Shown here: positions 1 to 12,332 of the stretch, piece after piece | Numbering within the stretch: position 1 is the first letter of the stretch | Layout of the letters: the number at the start of each line of letters is the position of its first letter | Assembly (NCBI GenBank): GCA_028534125.1 | Contig: CM052817.1 | Location: forward strand, 22,322,001 to 22,386,000 | Source of the DNA: Lama glama | Lineage: Eukaryota | DNA: 64,000 nucleotides | Direction: 5' to 3' | Translations under genes and position numbers: made by a program | Notes under the pieces: generated by a model | Database searches by the model: none | Seen by the model: the letters and a program-made list of their open reading frames with translations, nothing else | What the model was told of the DNA's origin: nothing

Positions 1-210
1 GAAATTGAATATAAACCTAATAATTATTATAATTTTAATAATATTTTATAATAAAATAATAATTTAATTTACAATATAAGATAAATTGTGAATTATAAAA
101 TAGTGCTCATGGATATTTTATTTTAAAAATATTGCCCATGACATTACATTGACATTTCCTTATTTTGTGCTAAACATCACTAAATACTTAATACATATTC
201 TTATTTCCCC

Positions 211-585
211 TGTTTAAAAAAATATTCAGCTGAGTAAATTTGAAGATCTAATTGATTTTATTCAGCAATCCATGAACCAGGCAGTATCCCATCTAGTAAA
301 CAGAAAGGCTCCAGAAGGCGCTCTAAAAAATGGAAGAGTTTTACAAAGGAGCTGGACAAAGAGGTTATTAGCAAAAGAAAAAGAAAGATTGTGGAGCCTA
401 AGTCACCTGCCCTTAGGGGAAAGTGCAGGAGGGTTTATCATGCAGATTACCTCACTAGGGCTGACCAAGAATATCCAGACTGATTGATTTGAAATTTTAC
501 TCCTGGGCAATTAGGTTCAATATTAAGTCTTGGTGAATCTTAGCACGAATGGCTCCATTTTGGGCTGCTTGTTTCACTTTTAACA
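211..585 (-). mobile_element. ERV1-class solo LTR (MER4-group-like)
   Basis: TGTT...AACA termini; 4-bp flanks CCCC (207-210)/CCCT (586-589); minus-strand AATAAA at 257-262; minus-strand start TGTTAAAAGTGAAACAAGCAGCCCAAAATGGAG resembles MER4-group LTR 5' ends. Confidence 0.75.
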
Positions 586-883
586 CCCTAGATTGAAAAA
601 CCAATAAAAAATGTTTATACCGTAATAGAATAAATATGTTTCAACTAGGGTGCAGAGATTTTTATTAAAAATGTTTTCTTCCCTCATTAATTTCTACTTT
701 CTGTGAACCTATCAATTAGGTATTTTACATTTATGTAATATACATAGAAAAGTCAGTCTTTTTGTACCTGTAGTAAATATAAGAAATTAATCCCACAAGA
801 AATAGCTTTATCTTGAAATGAATATCAATTTACCATATTTTGAAGTTCATATTTCACTGACAGATTTATTCTGTTAGTGAATA

Positions 884-1334
884 TGTAATAGGGAAGAATA
901 ACTCTGCCTCTGTATTAGATCTGTTTCATTTACTTTAACCCTTGTACTCTATTGCTCGTTAATCACTAAAGGGATGTTGCCTGTGAACTTAAATGGCCCA
1001 TCTCTGGGAACCCTGCCTCCCAGGGAATGAGCGTTCAGCTCAGGAGAAACATCCTGACCAGGCCCACCAGTGAATGACTGCAGGAAGGAAGAAATTAACA
1101 CATCCCCTAGGGAGGCTGACGGGAAAAGGAAATGCTTGACTTTACTCCCTCCTCTTTTAGTATAAAAGAAGCCTGAATTTTAACTCAGGTAAGATGGTTC
1201 TTTGGAATGCTAGTCCACAATCTTCTTGGTCTACTGGCTTTTTGAATAAAGTCACTGTTCCTTGCCCCCATGATTCATCTCTTGATTTATTGGCCTGTTG
1301 TGCAGCGAGCATTATGAGCTTGGACTTGGTAACA
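884..1334 (+). mobile_element. ERV1-class solo LTR (cetartiodactyl family; related copies at 46561-47078 and 61757-62194)
   Basis: TGTAATAGGGAAGAA...CTTGGTAACA termini; TATAAAA 1161-1167; AATAAA 1245-1250; TSD AATA/AACA (1 mismatch); alignable by eye to the reverse complement of 46561-47078. Confidence 0.85.
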
Positions 1335-1649
1335 AACATTTTAACACTGTATTTTAATAACTAATTCTAGTTATAACTTCCTGTATAGTATTTATTTTTG
1401 GCATTAAAAAACTTTCTTATAGGAGAAAGGGTGGAAAATTAAGAACCTAAATTGTAAATTAACTTTCATTAGGTGATAGTGCTTTGTATGTATTAGATTT
1501 TTAGGTATTTAATTTCCATTATTCCTACCAGAGGATTAAAAGTTAAAAAAAAATAACCTATGATATGATAATGAAGATATTATTATAGTGGGCTTTAATT
1601 TTCAATAAGCAAATACAAATAATTTTATAGTGTTTTGAATACAGTTCTC

Positions 1650-2060
1650 TTATATCAATCAGTTTCCATGGTTGTATGTATGTAAGAAAAACTAACCCTG
1701 GTTAGCTTAAGAAGAGAATGAATTTATTGGAAAGATAATGGATAGTTTAAAAATTCAAAGGCTTGAAAAACAGGGACTAAGGGGGAGTTGGCTGCAGTAA
1801 AACAAACAGGAGGTCAAGTCATAGTAAGGCCTCTGTATACAGCTCAGTTACCATTAATTATTCTCCAATTCATTTCAAATAAGATCCTTCTACAGTGAGA
1901 TTTCTCTGTTGTTCCTGCATGTTTTAACTATGGCCTCAACAGTCATAGCACCTACCAGAACCTCTTATTGGTCAGGAATAGAACATAGGCCTGAGACCAA
2001 GCTAAGCAGGGAGAGGAAACATCTACCATCTTTCATCTGAAATATTTAGTCTAGGAAGAA
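1650..2060 (-). mobile_element. Ancient MaLR LTR fragment (MLT1N/M-like)
   Basis: AACTAACCCTGGTTAGCTTAAGAAGAGAATGAATTTATTGGAAAGATA and ATTGGTCAGG blocks resemble old MLT1 consensus; very diverged. Confidence 0.45.
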
Positions 2061-2199
2061 TACTAAATCTGAAAAGTTATGCTTAGGTGGTATACCGGAA
2101 TGAGACACTGATGTGTGCAAAGATGAGTATAATTTAGGTAAAAAGAAAAGGAATGTTACTTCAGCTAACTGGAGCACTGGTTATTAAAAGGGTATGAAA

Positions 2200-2605
2200 A
2201 GACTTCTGGTTTCAGCTCCACCATGTGAACAGTTTAGTAATCATTACTCCCATCTTTACAACAAATACAAGCTGAACAAACTCAAAATCAGTGACTTTCT
2301 TTGATCTTACAAAATGCCATCTCAACATCTGTAAAGATAAGTGAATCCAGAAGGTCACAAATGAGACCTGCTCACCAGGAGAAGCTGCAAATGTCATTAA
2401 TAGGTAGGAAAAATTAAATGATAATTTTAATGAATTGCTTTGGATGTATTAGTAAACTAGACATAGCCAAGGAAAGAATAAATGAGCTTAAAGATACATC
2501 AGTAATAACTCCCCAAACTGAAATGAGGAGAGACAAAAATGAAAATTAACAACAAAACAAAACATCCAGGAACAATGGAACAATTTCAGAAGGCGTTACA
2601 AACTT
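2200..2605 (+). mobile_element. L1MD-like 5' end joined to an ORF1 fragment
   Basis: GACTTCTGGTTTCAGCTCC start, homologous to 44591 onward; then AGTAAACTAGACATAGCCAAGGAAAGAATAAATGAGCTTAAAGATA, typical L1 ORF1 coiled-coil sequence. Confidence 0.65.
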
Positions 2606-2619
2606 GTTAAGAAGTGCTA

Positions 2620-3806
2620 GTAATCTTTTAAACACTGCATTCTTTATTGCTTTAGTGAATGGAATGCCCTCTGGTCTTCCCGTCAAAAAGAATAGGCAGA
2701 TCGGTTTTATTAGTGTATTTATTCTAATATCCCCACTTTGCTGAACCTTATTATTCTTCCTTCTACCATCTGCCTTGCATTTTTGGTTTATCAGTTTTAC
2801 TATGGAATATTGCTTCTCCAAGCTTCCAAAAGTCATTCTAGCATCATTTTAGCACATCTCCCAGAATCCTCATTGAGGTGTTAAATCCTGTGTTCTGAGA
2901 AAGTGCAGCCATATCAAAGAACTTATCCAATTTTCTGTTGCTTCCCAGTATCCTCAGGGTCCAACCACAAATGTGGTTCTGTGGCTCTTGCCAGAACATT
3001 TCGGCTTAAAGACCTGCAGCTTCTTCAGCATATAGTCTCTTTTTTCTTTTACCAGATGGAGCACTTGCTTATCCAGATTCTGTTGTGTTTTGATCCCAGT
3101 TCCTCCTCTAGTGGCCAGGAAGGCAGGTGGGAATGGGGTGGTGCATGTTTTATTCTATAATACGGACTCTGTACTGTCTTTAAATAAGGGAGGGCTGACA
3201 TGGAGGAGATGGCCACTTCAGTAAACCCAAAGTATTTCCGGGAATCTAAGGACTCATGATTTTTCAGTGCATCAATCCCCATGTCCCTAATCCAACTCAT
3301 ACAATGTCCATTTTCTCTGTAAAACACCTAATCTTGGCATAACAGATTTTCTGGAGTTGAGAATTTAACTTTTGACACTCTGATACCCTCTTCATGAAAT
3401 CCTGGGACTGCTTCTCATTTTCCTTCTGGCCTCTTGTTGAAGGAGAGGATTATCTCTTTATATACTACCCGTTTGTTAATCCCTCTGGTTTTCACATTTT
3501 GCCATACACTGGTGATTATTTACCTTCAGCCTTTTATTGTCTTTAACAAATCTATTAACTTCAGCCAGATTATTACACAGTCCTTATAATCACTGATTCT
3601 TTTGTGCCTCTCAATGTCCTGAGATACCACACCTGACAATTCATATGCTTACACTGGCATCTCAACCTAGTTCAACCCCAGTCACAATTTTAACGTTGTA
3701 CCATAACAATATACCCGAAGTGATCCATCCATGAAAGGGCCCCTTTGCCCGCCTGCTACAAAATCCCATTTTATAAATTGCTTTCCAAATCACTCAAAAC
3801 ACCAAC
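2620..3806 (-). mobile_element. ERVL-class (HERV16/ERV3-16A-like) internal region, decayed gag
   Basis: Minus-strand peptide GRPEGIPFTKAIKNAV (ORF 2546-2836) resembles the ERVL gag motif PEDTPFTKAIRNALV; further gag-like blocks near 2840-3050; abuts an LTR16-type LTR via AGTTGGT (minus strand), the usual PBS start. Confidence 0.7.
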
Positions 3807-4078
3807 TATCTTAGTTTGAGTTTCTCAGGAAACAGACTCAGAGAGAGATTTGCATGCAATAAGTTTATTTGGCGATACCCTTGGGAACAACATCTCTAAG
3901 AGTGAAGGAAGCAGATGGTAGGATAAGCTGAACTGTGATACTTCTGCAGCAGAGGCTTGTGCCAGTCCTACAGGTAGCTGTGGAGCCGGGATGATCTTTC
4001 AGAATTAGATCCTAATGAAGGCAAGAAGCCAGGTCTCACACAGTATACCCTGCTGACCAGTTATTGTGTGAGGCAGGT
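3807..4078 (-). mobile_element. LTR16A-like LTR (5' LTR of the adjacent ERVL remnant)
   Basis: TATCTTAGTTTGAGTTTCTCAGGAAACAGACTCAGAGAGAGATTTGCATGCAATAAGTTTATTT and GCTGTGGAGCCGGGATGATCTTTCAGA match recalled LTR16A blocks. Confidence 0.7.
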
Positions 4079-4182
4079 ATTCATAATGTTAATGGCCAAA
4101 GACACAGCACTCTTAAGTTTATTCTCCATTATTAAAATTCTCCATTTTTCTTCAGTTTAGACAATTAAAAAAAAAAAAAGAA

Positions 4183-4546
4183 AATCAAGCCCTGATTTGT
4201 AGTGTTTGCAGAGTTCTGTGGTATATATATTCCTACCATAGCTGATTTTAAACTTTGATATAAGGGGCCCACCACAGAGTTGGAAAGAGATGTGTAGTAA
4301 CATGCAGTTCCAGAAATGCAAGAGATGTAACTATAATAGCATAAATTAGAGGAAAATGTAGTAAAATGATTGGGACATGATGACTTTTGTGTATTTAAAA
4401 CACTTTAAAATATAATTTATTTAACTGTAACTACATAATTTAATTTTCCAACATAACTGTCTGAAAACTATCTCACAAATTTTCTGAATATTTACAAATT
4501 GGCTCTGGCGAGCTACTTACTACAAGCTGGCTTGATCAAACTACTG
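4183..4546. mobile_element. MER63-like hAT-Blackjack DNA transposon
   Basis: AAGCCCTGATTTGTAGTGTTTGC, GAGTTGGAAAGAGATG and terminal GGCTCTGGCGAGC...CTACTG blocks match MER63. Confidence 0.7.
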
Positions 4547-5029
4547 CCTCCCATCATTAGACTCAGTGAATATATGACCCATATTAAACTTAAATGCATC
4601 AATATTAACTTGCACTTTCATCATTTGGCCACTTGTGTTGGAAAACTAACAAACCATAAACCCATACTAATAAGCATTTCTTATATTCCTCCATGTAACT
4701 GAGTTCCTAAGAATTTTTCCCCTAAAACAGAGGTGCCCGGAAGGGAGTCTCGTGTGAACACTAAGACTTTTGTCAAAATATTGTATGTTTCATTGCTTAT
4801 TCGTCCTGTTTCAGGGGGACACTGATGATCAATTTAAATTTTTAACTTTATACTCTCTCTACTTCCATCTTAGCAGTAGAGGAGAACACTTGCAGCCTGT
4901 GGGTCAGAGAAGAAGTCACCAGGGATGTGGCCTGGAAACTGGGCGTGAACAACACGTGTTAGTCCTCTTGCCCGATCTCTCTGACACTATGGCTTCACAT
5001 TAACTAAGCAACTGTCAAGAATTATAGAA

Positions 5030-5195
5030 AGCATGTTACATGCATTATCACAATGAATGTTATTATTATCCACATTTATTTATAAAGAAATAGAGGCACA
5101 AAAATGTTAAGCAGATTGTTCAAAGACACACAGTTCTTGTTGAACACTGGAGCCAAGATTAAGCCCAAGTTCTATAAATTCAGAAGCTTACCAAT
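5030..5195 (-). mobile_element. MIR SINE
   Basis: Core AAAGAAATAGAGGCACAAAAATGTTAAGCAGATTGTTCAAAGACACACAG. Confidence 0.65.
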
Positions 5196-7639
5196 TTCAT
5201 CTATTAATTACTCTAATTAAACATATCATTTGTATAAGTCTTAATCATGAAAATAAGTGTATTTTTAAAAATTTATGTTGCATAATTACCAACAGCATCA
5301 AGTTCAGTGTTATGCTTTAAATAGAAGCCATTATTAGCACATTACAGCTGCCTTAACATATGGTTTGTAAAAAATTGTAGAAAATATAGTGATCATTTGC
5401 GCTTTAAGTATTTACAGATAAGGCAAACAGAATAAGTAGCATTTCTACATCTGTTATCACATGAACCAAAGAAGAAACACCAAAGTTAAGACGAGTAAGC
5501 TATTTACTAACCAATGTCTGGGACATTTTAAACAGGTAGCTTAAATAAATTCTAGTTAATTCAGTAGCTCAGGCAATGTTCTTGAAAAGTTAGATCAATA
5601 CCATTGCTGATTTGCTCAATTGTGTAAATTGTAGTGATCAATCTTGTTTTAAAAAATGTTTTGGAGCTGGTAGAAAAGAGGGGTATACAGTTTATGAAGA
5701 TGAATAATACAGACAACACTTCTCTAATAAGGAATTGCTAAGAATTAATTTTGCCCTTGATAGTGTATTTGTGGACATATTTTCAGGTACTCATAGAAAT
5801 GTAAACTTTAATTTCAAAAGCAGTGTATTTTCCTTTAGCACATAAAGCACTGCAACATTTCACCATGGTGACTGATCAATGTGGTGATGACTTTTGAAAC
5901 AAGTGAGTAAATAAGTGAAATTTAAATCACACCCTCAGGGAAAAAAATTACCTCAAGTTCAACTTTCCAAAAACTCTGTTGAAGATAATTAGATGTAAGT
6001 GAATATAGAATGTTAAATAGCACAGACATATTTTTAAAAAGAATACTAATATATTATTTTATTCTTTGTTCTATCTATCATCTATCTATCACATAGTGCT
6101 ATCAATTTATCAAATGCAAATACATGTCATCAACAGTTATTATTACATCAAATACATAAGCAAATGTCTGTATTATATATATATTTTTATATGTACATTC
6201 ATATACATGCTCACATATCCATTTTTGAAGTAATTATTCATACTTATTAAAAATAGATTTATGTGAGTATTGTAAGATGAATTACCCTCTGAGTTCTTGT
6301 TAAACCAATGGCCCCCTTTTGAGTCAAGTGCCCAGACACAGTTCCGTGTATGTGGGTTGCCATGCCTTGGGTCTGATGACCAGAAGGATTTCCTCAGAGC
6401 TGATTGTACTACAGATTGTTGCCTGACTAAAAGTTATGCTAAATGTAAGGGAGGCCAGTGGCTTTATGAGGAAGACTGATTTAGAAACTCTGTTAACCTA
6501 CCCAATCAAACTTTTTTTTGAGAATTGGTTAATATGAGATATACAAGGGATTTTTGCAGGCAGTTGAGTGGAGTAAAATCCAAGTGCTATATACAGAAAG
6601 ATCCATTTCACAGTAAAAATTAAGAATAAAGAGAAGTGTTAGGGTAAAGGTAAGACAGAAAAAAAGAAAGTTGGAACATGAGAAACAGATGCAGTAGACA
6701 CCGCAGTGATGTGCAAGACTTGAGTCATGCATTATTTTGGTGCTATTCAACCTGATATAGTATCATCAGTGACATTTCACTTGACCTTGGGGCTTTCATT
6801 TTATTTGTTGAAGCATTTTCTTCATTTCCTTTCTTTTATGCACAGTTTTACAGTTAAAAGCCCACACCAGTAGAGGTAAGCTAACCATTAGTACTGTTGC
6901 TTGATATCTGAGTCAAAGTATTTCAATGTGAATGTATGTACATAAAAATGCATATGTATGTATATATGTGTACAAAATTTATTAAGCAATTTACATCTTT
7001 CATCCTAAAATGATTATACAGCACATATCTTACATTCCTTGTTCTTTCTGTGTCTCGGGAGAACTTCAAAAGCTTTTGTGAGATGTTACAGAGGCACCAA
7101 TATTTTAGATGTTTCCAAAGGAAGTGGCAGGCAATTATAGGTTTCTCATTGCCGGATAGTTATATTCACAGAAAAAATATGTGGCACTTTATATCCATCA
7201 TCCATCCCATACATCTCTTAGAACTAGCTGAAATTTTAGGTCTGTTTTTATTGGAGAAAGGAACAGCATGAAGAGTCATTACAAGGGAACGTTATTGAAC
7301 TTCATCTCTTCTTCATGGCAAGGAAGAAGAATAGCTCTTTTATGAGTGAAGCAAAAAGCAATATGAAAGCTGAGAGCAGAATGAAGCTTAGCAGTGTAAA
7401 CTGGCCCAGGGAATTCAGAGACTTATTAATACTCCGAAGAGTTTGCAGGAGGCGTAGCATTCTGCTTGTGTCCTAACTTACCCACAAGCTTATGGTTTAG
7501 GCACACTCCTTTCTGGACTCATAGGAGCAGCACAATTTTGCTGTTACATCAAGAGACATCATGGGGAAGTGCTCCAAGAACAATGTATGAAGCTTAGCGT
7601 TTGCAAAGTTTTGTGTTTATGTCATCAGAAGCCATCTAT

Positions 7640-8000
7640 GTCAATCTTCTCAGTTTTTCATTGAGAAACATGAGGCCCAGAACCATTAAGTAATTAGCTC
7701 AAGGTCACGAAGGTAGCTATTATCAGATCCAGGACAGCATGATTTTTAAAATTCTTATTTCAATTTTTATTCTACTTCCTATGTTTTCCCCACCATTGCA
7801 TAGATCCAACAATTTCTGCCTGATGGTACAAATCTTCAACTGATGTTCACAAGGTTTGTGTTTGTACTTGACTTAAAATCTGGCCTACTGAGAGATTTAC
7901 TGCATTGTAGAAAACTGAGATTCAAGGAGTTTAAATAAATCACCCTTCGTAACAGAGCTTAACAAGGTGGAAAATTGAAGTGTGTATCTATCTGATTCTT
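7640..8000 (-). mobile_element. Two MIR core fragments (~7640-7740, ~7890-8000)
   Basis: GAGAAACATGAGGCCCAGAACCATTAAGTAATTAGCTCAAGGTCAC and GAAAACTGAGATTCAAGGAGTTTAAATAA. Confidence 0.55.
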
Positions 8001-8594
8001 GAGAACAACCTCAGTTTATACTCAGTTTCTGCTTAGTCTACATTTCTGTGCACAATCCAATTTCACTAGTTAAGACTCTAAAGATCGCCTTCTTAGTGGG
8101 TTGACCATTACTCCTTATTCTGAATGTTTCTGCCTTTGGTATTCTTTCATTCTTTGAGTTCGGGGCTAGTTTAGAGCAATAGAACAATGGAAAATCTCTG
8201 CCAGGAATTCTTACCAGTGTGCAGCTTTAGCATTTCTTAGTGTGATTTTTCCTTTTGTTATTTATATCATGGATCTTGTATATCAATATTGTTGGAGAGG
8301 CTGTAGATGCTTATATGTATTTAATGGTATGTCTTCCGAGGAATAAATATAGAGTTTAGAATATAAATTTACACGATTTGCTGGAGAAGTAATAACTTCA
8401 TGTGTTCCAAGGCATAAATCCCCCAAAACAACTGAAGAACTAAAATTGTGACAAAAAGGAGAAAAATTCTTTTTAAAGTTTATAGTATTGCTTCTCCCTA
8501 TCTGCAAAAATAAATACCTGAATAAATAGACAAATAAATAAAAACAATCAATCAATGAAAATATGGCAAAGCCAGTTTCAATTATTTTATTTGG

Positions 8595-8850
8595 TCACTC
8601 ATTCATTCAATGAATATTTTCTGATCTCCAATAGATGAAGAACACTAGGTTGAATGGTGTAGAATATCGGAGGCCTTGGTTTTCTGTGTAACTCACTTAA
8701 GAGGTTATAAAAGTGAATTGTAGCACAGAGAGTGGTGCTATATGTAATAAGACAGATGTAATGTTTAATGCTACCCACTAGAGAGTCATTAGAGTACACA
8801 CAGCAGATAGTCAACCATTATGATAGACCACGATTTGAAGAATTCTTCAT
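8595..8850 (-). mobile_element. L2 3' end
   Basis: CACTCATTCATTCAATGAATATTT tail motif followed by diverged L2-like sequence. Confidence 0.5.
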
Positions 8851-10046
8851 AGTATTCATAACCATTTAAAACCCAAAGGTAAAAGTCATTTTAAAAAAGT
8901 AAAACAGTATGAAATTACATATAACAATGATTTGTAAAGATTTTGGGAATGATTTTGTTCCCCTCAGTGCTCTACTATTTTGCTTTCAAAAACAATGCAT
9001 TTCACTTTCTAAATGATGTTAAAATGAATAACACCTAATAATAACTCAAGAAGTGTTCAGGATGCTTTGAAAATATTGTAGCTAAAAATGCTGAATTTAC
9101 TAGTTTATTCATGTAACTGTGATGTGTGTGGCTTGTAACTTTGAGGTGATTCACACAGTGACAATAAAAATAAGACAATTGTCCTCATAAGTGCTTAAAA
9201 AGATATAGGTCACTTAGTAAAAAATTAGATTACTGTGCATGGATAATATAATTTGTCTGTACCATTCTAAGGTATTTCAGATATCTTTATAGTATATGGA
9301 AAAAATGTGATTTCTAGAAATAAAAGGAGTAAAAGCTGCTTGTATCTTTAATGGATTTATTACAAATTATCAAATGATCATCTGTCTATCTGGGATACAA
9401 ACTATTTTGCAAAAAATTTTTTTTGTGCATGAAACATATTCAATCAAAAATTATATAGGTAAGCTTTTCTATTCAAAAAATTCTAATTTTTTATTATATT
9501 ATAAAGCATCACTTATTAAAAATGTTTGTATTTATCTGTCAATTTATATCAATTAGTTAGCAAGTAGAATTTTCTAAAGCAAGGAAAAAGGATACTCAAA
9601 TCAATGTGAACATAGTAGCACAAATTCAAATGCATTTTACATTTTCTATTAATTATTATTCACCCAGTTATTTTTTTCTCAATTGAAAACGTGTTTCACT
9701 TATCGTTTTGTCTCAGATAGAATTTTTTTCAAACACTGATACACTGTTTCTTCTAACTGTCCCTGGGAATTATAGAGAGGTATCATGAGAAATGAAACAG
9801 ACATTGGAACCACATACACATTCAGTGTTCAGACAAAGGAATAAGGAACACTGGGCAGATATATAATTAAACACAATAACAACTGTGCTCATGAAATAGG
9901 AAGAAGATGAAAAAGTAATCCTGGCTACTCATTTAATTTTTTTAGAGCAAATATGAATGTAATTAGAATACTGTGATAGAACTTAATTTTAGAAATGTCA
10001 TGAAATTTGATGTCAGTTTAACCACTTAAAGATAGATTTATAGAAA

Positions 10047-10142
10047 ATTGTGCTGAACACTGGAATTTGACACAACATTGTAAAATGATTATAAATCAAT
10101 AAAAAATGTTAAAAAAATAAAAAAAATAAAAAAATAAAAAAG
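10047..10142 (+). mobile_element. Young, severely 5'-truncated camelid-type L1 (3' end + A-rich tail)
   Basis: TTTGACACAACATTGTAAAATGATTATAAATCAATAAAAAATGTT then A-rich tail; perfect 17-bp TSD AGATAGATTTATAGAAA at 10030-10046 and 10143-10159. Confidence 0.9.
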
Positions 10143-12200
10143 AGATAGATTTATAGAAATCAAAGACAATCCTGAATATCTGAGGATTTGCTCTACATAG
10201 TTCTGAATCTCCATTCATTCATTCATTTGGTTTTCATTTACTCAATATTTGAATATTTACCTAATGCTTTATTGGAAAACATTATACTAACTTTTGAGAT
10301 GAATAGATACCAGAAAGGAACAAGACACATCCTCTGAAATCAAATAAATCCATTAGAGCCAAAAATACTCTATAGAAAGGCTACAAAAATGGACATGAGT
10401 TTCAACATTTGTTTTGTTAATTTTTTATAGTTTGAACCTTCTTTCATTCAACAATTGTATGATTATACTGTTAATATCTATATTTAGTATCTTGTGACAT
10501 ATCTGGGGTACCAGATGAAAATGTTTGTTTTAGTATTGGCAATAATCATTCTGAAGAGACAAGGTGCTTCTTGCCAGCCCTACATGAATAAGTGATATAA
10601 TTTCTTTGACCCTGACTTTGCTCTCCTTTAAAAAATGAAAGAATATCATATAGTTTTAAATGATATCGCCACTCTCATTTGAATTATTCAGATATGAATG
10701 TCCTCAAAATTCACCATCAATGATTTGATGTGTGGTTTCTGGAATGCTTTCAACAATGGAAGAAGACTGACGTGTTTTGAAGGATTGTACAGTTTTATAT
10801 GGATTGGAGGTAGGAAAGGATAAAGAAATAAAAGAGGATTGTTCAGCTTTGATGAGAGGCGTTCATATGAAGGAGCAGATGATGAAAATAAATGTGAAAT
10901 TTGGAAGATGAGTATAGTTTGATTCTACAAAACAATCGAAGAACTTTGGAAGAAACCTGTAAGGACTCTAAGAATGTTCATGAAGTCAGTGTCAGAGAGC
11001 AAGAAATGATAATGATGTAATTAATAAAACGAATTCAAATACTCATTTTCATTCAAATTCAGTAACATTTAAAAATACAGAAGTAACATTTTCTCATCTA
11101 AGAAAATAATCCTTAAGTAAAAAAGCATGAAAACAGGAATAAAAAGTATAAGCATTTCTATTTAGCAGAAAAACATGAACACTTTTTCTTCTATTTTTAT
11201 TAAAAAAAAGGCACCTGTCTTCCACTACTACAGTTTGAATTCAAATTGTTTCACTTATTTTTCACCAACCACTTTTCTTTTTTAAATAGGGAATTAATTT
11301 TGCTGTAACCATCTTTTAAAATACTTACTAGAAGGCAGTATTCTGCCCATGTGTGTATAATGGAGGTTCTGATGTCAATTCTTACATTAAAAAAAAAAAA
11401 ACCTCTTTATCTTAGTGTTCAAATATAAAGTCAATGTATTAAAGATCTTAGTTGCTTTTACTTAGTTTGCTTTACAAACTGACCTAAAAACGAATTTGCT
11501 TTTCAGATTTAAGAGAATGTTTGAGTCACTATTGGTAGCCTCCCATAGCTAGGGATAAGCTGGGAGCTAAACATGTTTTTCTCCAAGAAACTTACCCCCA
11601 CAAGGGATGTTACAGTAAAAAAATCAGTCTCAGCTCAAATTCTGTCACATTCATTAGCAAGCAAGCACATTTGCACACAAGCACAAGTACACACATCCAT
11701 ACAGCCTCTTCTGCAAACCTGGTGAAGTATCTATTTTCTGCCTTTTAGGCCATCCAATGAGTGCCTTGTATTAAAGACTACAGGGTTTAGTTATCCTTCA
11801 GAAAGGGTCAGATGACACAATCACCTGTTATTTGAACAAAAGAGGAACAGGATTGCAAGCCTAGGACTCCATGCTGGCTTCACAAAATGCCTTTACTTTT
11901 CTTATTAGAATAGACGTTCCTAAAAGTATTTTTTATTATCTGAATTTTTTACTGCCAATTATTTTACCAATGAAAAAATCACTTCTAACAATCATTAAGA
12001 TAATTTGCAAGCTGTTTAATGCTGATGGGATATAAAGATAGTTCTATTGGTTACTTTCAGAGTAGTGTTTGTAATTATATGTTAAAATGCTAAATCAGGC
12101 CAGAGAGGAGATGATCTATAGCTATATCATTCATCATTATCTATATCTTCTTCTATCTCTCTATATAAATACCCTTTATGTTGAAATATTTTAAATTAAA

Positions 12201-12293
12201 TTATAGATAATGTGATAAGAACTGCTTGCTTAGTGTTTTATATATATATTTTTATATTTATATTTATAGATAATATAAGAACTACTTGCTCAG

Positions 12294-12328
<35 letters not shown>
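12201..12328. repeat. Diverged ~63-bp tandem duplication ending in (TA)n
   Basis: TTATAGATAAT..ATAAGAACT(G/A)CTTGCT(T/C)AGTGTTTTATATATATAT at 12201-12249 and 12264-12309. Confidence 0.85.

Positions 12329-12332
<4 letters not shown>

Noticed and set aside
10690..11010. Possible ancient RTE/L4 or CR1 fragment (also ~8290-8480)
   Set aside because: Resemblance too weak to support by eye; needs a profile-HMM search.
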